This document shows positions 58,501 to 64,000 of a DNA stretch of 64,000 bases, piece by piece. How positions within the stretch are numbered: the stretch's first letter is position 1; each line of letters begins with the position of its first letter. The stretch comes from Eledone cirrhosa (lineage: Eukaryota), in assembly GCA_964016885.1 (NCBI GenBank), contig OZ024740.1, forward strand, positions 37,634,001 through 37,698,000, in the 5' to 3' direction. A program made the translations under genes and the position numbers. The notes below the pieces were generated by a model. That model did no database searches and was not told the origin of the DNA. It was given only the letters and a program-made list of their open reading frames with translations.

Positions 58501-61500
58501 ACATCGGACAGAATATATAGAACACTGTGAACCCTGTTTCAGGTAGACATGTGACAGAATATATAGAATACAGTGACCCCTGTTAAAGGTATACATGTGA
58601 CAGAATATATAGAACACAGTGACCCCTGTTAAAGGTAGACATGTGACAGAAAATATAGAACACAGTGACCCCTGTTTAAGGTAGACATGTGACAGAATAT
58701 ATAGAACACAGTGACCCCTGTTAAAGGTAGACATGTGACAGTATATATAGAACACAGTGACCCCTGTTTAAGGTAGACATGTGACAGAATATATAGAACA
58801 CAGTGACCCCTGTTAAAGGTAGACATAGGACAGAATATATAGAACTCAGAGACCCCTGTTAAAGGTAGACATATGACAGAATATATAGAACTCAGAGACC
58901 CCTGTTAAAGGTAGACATGTGACAGAATATATAGTACACAGTGACCCCTGTTAAATGTAGACATGTGACAGAATATATAGAACACAGTGACCCCTGTTAA
59001 AGGTAGACATAGGACAGAATATATAGAACACAGTGACCCCTGTTTAAGTTAGAGATAGGACAGAATATATAGAACACAGTGACCCCTGTTAAAGGTAGAC
59101 ATGTGAAAGAATATATAGAACACAGTGACCCCTGTTAAAGGTAGACATAGGACAGAATACATAGAACACAGTGACCCCTGCTAAATGTAAACATGTGACA
59201 GAATATATAGAACACAATGACCCCTGTTAAAGGTAGACATGTGAAAGAATATATAGAACACAGTGACCCCTGTTAAAGGTAGACAATGACAGAATATATA
59301 GAACACAGAGACCCCTGTTAAAGGTAGACATGTGACAGAATATATAGAACACAGTGACCCCTGTTAAAGGTAGACATGTGACAGAATATATAGAACACAG
59401 AGACCCCTGTTAAAGGTAGACATAGGACAGAATACATAGAACACAGTGACCCCTGCTAAATGTAAACATGTGACAGAATATATAGAACACAGTGACCCCT
59501 GATAAAGGTAGACATGTGACAGAATATATAGAACACAGTGACCCCTGTTTAAGGTAGACATGTGACAGAATATATAGAACACAGTGACCCCTGTTAAATG
59601 TAGACATAGGACATAATATATAGAACACAGTGACCCCTGTTTAAGTTAGAGATAGGACAGAACATATAGAACACAGTGACCCCTGTTAAAGGTCGACATA
59701 GGACAGATTATATAGAACACAGTGACCCCTGTTTAAGGTAGACATGTGACAGAATATATAGAACACAGTGACCCCTGTTAAAGGTAGACATGTGACAGAA
59801 TATATAGAACACAGTGACCCCTGTTTAAGGTAGACATGTGACAGAATATATAGAACACAGTGATCCCTGTTTAAGGTAGATATGTGACAGAATATATAGA
59901 ACACAGTGACCCCTGTTAAAGGTCGACATAGGACAGATTATATAGAACACAGTGACCCCTGTTTAAGGTAGACATGTGACAGAATATATAGAACACAGTG
60001 ACCCCTGTTAAATGTAGACATAGGACAGAATATATAGAACACAGTGACCCCTGTTAAAGGTAGACATGTGACAGAATATATAGAACACAGTGACCCCTGT
60101 TTAAGGTAGATATGTGACAGAATATATAGAACACAGTGACCCCTGTTAAAGGTAGACATAGGACAGAATATATAGAACACAGTGACCCCTGTTAAGGGTA
60201 GACATAGGACAGATTATATAGAACACAGTGACCCTGTTTAAGGTAGACATAGGACAGAATATATAGAACACAGTGACCCCTGTTAAAGGTCGACATAGGA
60301 CAGATTATATAGAACACAGTGACCCCTGTTTAAGGTAGACATGTGACAGAATATATAGAACACAGTGACCCCTGTTAAAGGTAGACATAGGATAGAATAT
60401 ATAGAACACAGTGACCCCTGTTAAAGGTAGACATGTGACAGAATATATAGAACACAGAGTCCCCTGTTAAAGGTGGACGTAGGAGAGAATATATAGAACA
60501 CAGTGACCCCTGTTAAAGGTAGACATGTGACAGAATATATAGAACACAGTGACCCCTGTTAAAGGTAGACATGTGAAAGAATATATAGAACACAGTGACC
60601 CCTGTTAAAGGTAGACATGTGACAGAATATATAGAACACAGTGACCCCTGTTAAAGCTATACATGTGACAGAATATATAGAACACAGTGACCCCTGTTTA
60701 AGGTAGCCATGTGACAGAATATATAGAACACAGTGACCCCTGTTAAATGTAGACATAGGACAGAATATATAGAACACAGTGACCCCTGTTTAAGGTAGAC
60801 ATGTGACAGAATATATAGAACACAGTGACCCCTGTTTAAGGTAGACATGTGACAGAATATATAGAACACAGTGATCCCTGTTAAAGGTAGACATGTGACA
60901 GAATATATAGAACACTGTGAACCCTGTTTAAGGTAGACATGTGACAGAATATATAGAACACAGTGACCCCTGTTTAAGGTAGACATGTGACAGAATATAT
61001 AGAATACAGTGACCCCTGTTAAAGGTAGACATGTGACAGAATATATGGTACAGAGTGACCCCTGTTAAAGGTAGACATGTGACAGAATATATAGAACACA
61101 GTGACCCCTGTTTAAGGTAGACATAGGACAGAATATATAGAACACAGTGACCCCTGTTTAAGGTAGACATAGGACAGAATATATAGAACACAGTGACTCC
61201 TGTTAAAGGTAGACATAGGACAGAATATATAGAACACAGTGACCCCTGTTAAAGGTAGACATGTGACAGAATATATAGAACACAGTGACCCCTGTTAAAG
61301 GTAGACATGTGACAGAATATATAGAACACAGTGACCCCTGTTTAAGGTAGACATGTGACAGAATATATAGAACTCAGAGACCCCTGTTAAAGGTAGACAT
61401 GTGACAGAATATATAGAACTCAGAGACCCCTGTTAAAGGTAGACATGTGACAGAATATATAGAACACAGTGACCCCTGTTAAAGGTAGACATAGGACAGA

Positions 61501-64000
61501 ATATCTAGAACACAGTGACCCCTGTTTAAGGTAGACATAGGACAGAATATATAGAACACAGTGACCCCTGTTTAAGGTAGACATGTGACAGAATATATAG
61601 AACTCAGAGACCCCTGTTAAAGGTAGACATGTGACAGAATATATAGAACACAGTGACCCCTGTTAAAGGTAGACATAGGACAGAATATCTAGAACACAGT
61701 GACCCCTGTTTAAGGTAGACATAAGACAGAATATATAGAACACAGAGACCCCTGTTAAAGGTAGACATGTGACAGAATATATAGAACGCAGTGACCCCTG
61801 TTAAAGGTAGACATGTGACAGAATATATAGAACACAGTGACCCCTGTTAAAGGTAGACATAGGACAGAATATATAGAACACAGTGACCCCTGTTTAAGGT
61901 AGACATAAGACAGAATATATAGAACACAGAGACCCCTGTTAAAGGTAGACATGTGACAGAATATATAGAACGCAGTGACCCCTGTTAAAGGTAGACATAG
62001 GACAGAATATATAGAACACAGTGACCCCTGTTTAAGGTAGACATAAGACAGAATATATAGAACACAGAGACCCCTGTCAAAGGTAGACATGTGACAGAAT
62101 ATATAGAACGCAGTGACCCCTGTTAAAGGTAGACATGTGACAGAATATATAGAACACAGTGACCCCTGTTAAAGGTAGACATAGGACAGAATATATAGAA
62201 CACAGTGACCCCTGTTTAAGGTAGACATAAGACAGAATATATAGAACACAGAGACCCCTGTTAAAGGTAGACATGTGACAGAATATATAGAACACAGAGA
62301 CCCCTGTTAAAGATAGACATGTGACAGAATATATAGAACACAGTGACCCCTGTTTAAGGTAGACATGTGACAGAATATATAGAACACAGAGACCCCTGTT
62401 AAATGTAGACATGTGACAGAATATATAGAACGCAGTGACCCCTGTTAAAGGTAGACATAGGACAGAATATATAGAACACAGTGACCCCTGTTTAAGTTAG
62501 AGATAGGACAGAATATATAGAACACAGTGACCCCTGTTTAAGCTAGACATGTGACAGAATATATAGAACACAGTGACCCCTGTAAAAGGTAGACATGTGA
62601 CAGAATATATAGAACACAGTGACCCCTGTAAAAGGTAGACATGTGACAGAATATATAGAACACAGAGACCCCTGTTAAAGGTAGACATGTGACAGAATAT
62701 ATAGAACACAGTGACCCCTTTTAAAGATAGACATGTGACAGAATATATAGAACACAGTGACCCCTGTTAAAGGTAGACATGTGACAGAATATATAGAACA
62801 CAGTGACCCCTGTTTAAGGTAGACATGTGACAGAATATATAGAACACAGAGACCCCTGTTTAAGGTAGACATAAGACAGAATATATAGAACACAGTGACC
62901 CCTGTTAAAGGTAGACATGTGACAGAATATATAGAACACAGAGACCCCTTTTAAAGATAGACATGTGACAGAAAATATAGAACACAGTGACCCCTGTTAA
63001 AGGTAGACATGTGACAGAATATATAGAACACAGTGACCCCTGTTTAAGGTAGACATGTGACAGAATATATAGAACACAGTGACCCCTGTTAAAGGTAGAC
63101 ATGAGACAGAATATATAGAACACAGTGACCCCTGTTTAAGGTAGACAGGTGACAGAATATATAGAACACAGTGATCCCTGTTAAATATAGACATGAGACA
63201 GAATATATAGAACACAGTGACCCCTGTTTAAGGTAGACATGTCACAGAATATATAGAATACAGTGACCCCTGTTAAAGGTAGACATTTGACAGAATATAT
63301 GGTACAGAGTGACCCCTGTTAAAGGTAGACATGTGACAGAATATATAGAACACAGTGACCCCTGTTTAAGGTAGACATAGGACAGAATATATAGAACACA
63401 GTGACCCCTGTTTAAGGTAGACATAGGACAGAATATATAGAACACAATGACCCCTGTTTAAGGTAGACATAGGACAGAATATATAGAACACAGTGACTCC
63501 TGTTAAAGGTAGACATAGGACAGATTATATATAACACAGTGACCCCTGTTTAAGGTAGACATGTGACAGAATATATAGAACACAGTGACCCCTGTTTAAG
63601 GTAGACATGTGACAGAATATATAGAACACAGTGACCCCTGTTTAAGGTAGACATAGGACAGAATATATAGAACACAGTGACTCCTGTTAAAGGTAGACAT
63701 AGGACAGATTATATAGAACACAGTGACCCCTGTTTAAGGTAGACATGTGACAGAATATATAGAACACAGTGACCCCTGTTTAAGGTAGACATGTGACAGA
63801 ATATATAGAACTCAGAGACCCCTGTTAAAGGAAGACATGTGACAGAATATATAGAACACAGTGACCCCTGTTAAATGTAGGCATGTGACAGAATATTTAG
63901 AACACAGTGACCCCTGTTAAAGGTAGACATAGGACAGAATACATAGAACACAGTGAACCCTGCTAAATGTAAACATGTGACAGAATATATAGAACACAGT
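41349..64000. repeat. Second, partial copy of the super-repeat, equivalent to 1-22652
   Basis: Rare variants recur at exactly +41,348: CACGTG 228/41576, CCCCTATT 1550/42898, CCTGTCAAA 20730/62078, GTCACAG 21895/63243. The deletions recur at 55239, 56186, 59285 and 60232. Confidence 0.95.

Larger units (their letters stand above)
1..64000. repeat. 46-bp satellite DNA tandem array, about 1,390 head-to-tail monomers, running off both window edges
   Basis: The unit GTGACAGAATATATAGAACACAGTGACCCCTGTTWAAGGTAGACAT recurs every 46 bp from position 1 (47, 93, 139...) to the end. Individual monomers differ from consensus by roughly 0-5 substitutions. ORF-track offsets are multiples of 46, less the 1-bp deletions. 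No inversion or foreign insertion was seen. Confidence 0.99.

Noticed and set aside
171-63445. Numerous minus-strand ORFs (63-164 aa; MFYIFCHMSTFNRGHCVLYILSHVYLKQGSLCSIYSVTCLPLTGVT...), Cys/His-rich and superficially zinc-finger-like
   Set aside because: They are translations of the 46-bp repeat cycling through three frames. Length depends only on whether the A/T at monomer position 35 puts TAA in frame. Most begin at GTG-type starts inside the repeat, and there is no unique sequence or sign of codon-level constraint.
1-64000. CRISPR array
   Set aside because: There are no unique spacers because the whole 46-bp unit repeats, and there is no leader or cas gene.
1-64000. Telomerase-type or reverse-transcriptase-templated repeat tract
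   Set aside because: There is no G-rich telomeric motif. Variants are inherited in long duplicated blocks, which indicates DNA-level recombination rather than repeated copying of one template. A subtelomeric location cannot be excluded.

Overview
The whole 64-kb window is one uninterrupted, single-orientation satellite DNA array with a 46-bp monomer (consensus GTGACAGAATATATAGAACACAGTGACCCCTGTT[A/T]AAGGTAGACAT; 18 A, 10 T, 10 G, 8 C; about 39% GC; no CpG), giving about 1,390 copies. I found no unique sequence, gene, RNA gene, transposon or CRISPR array. All listed ORFs are translations of the repeat. The real information lies in the order of the monomer variants. It shows a 41,348-bp near-identical super-repeat (899 monomers minus six 1-bp deletions; 1-22652 recurs at 41349-64000). 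Inside it are nested duplications of about 6.9, 4.5, 4.3, 3, 2.5 and 0.78 kb, short 3-7-monomer repeats, and an older ordered cassette of variant monomers. The monomer looks like a fused ~23-bp dimer. It contains a perfect RSS heptamer (CACAGTG) with a weak nonamer-like sequence 24 bp away, and a bHLH-ZIP/CDEI-type motif (GTCACATG); both may be coincidental. A eukaryotic heterochromatic source is inferred, but the organism cannot be identified from the sequence. All comparisons were made by eye and from ORF-track offsets, so duplication boundaries are approximate.
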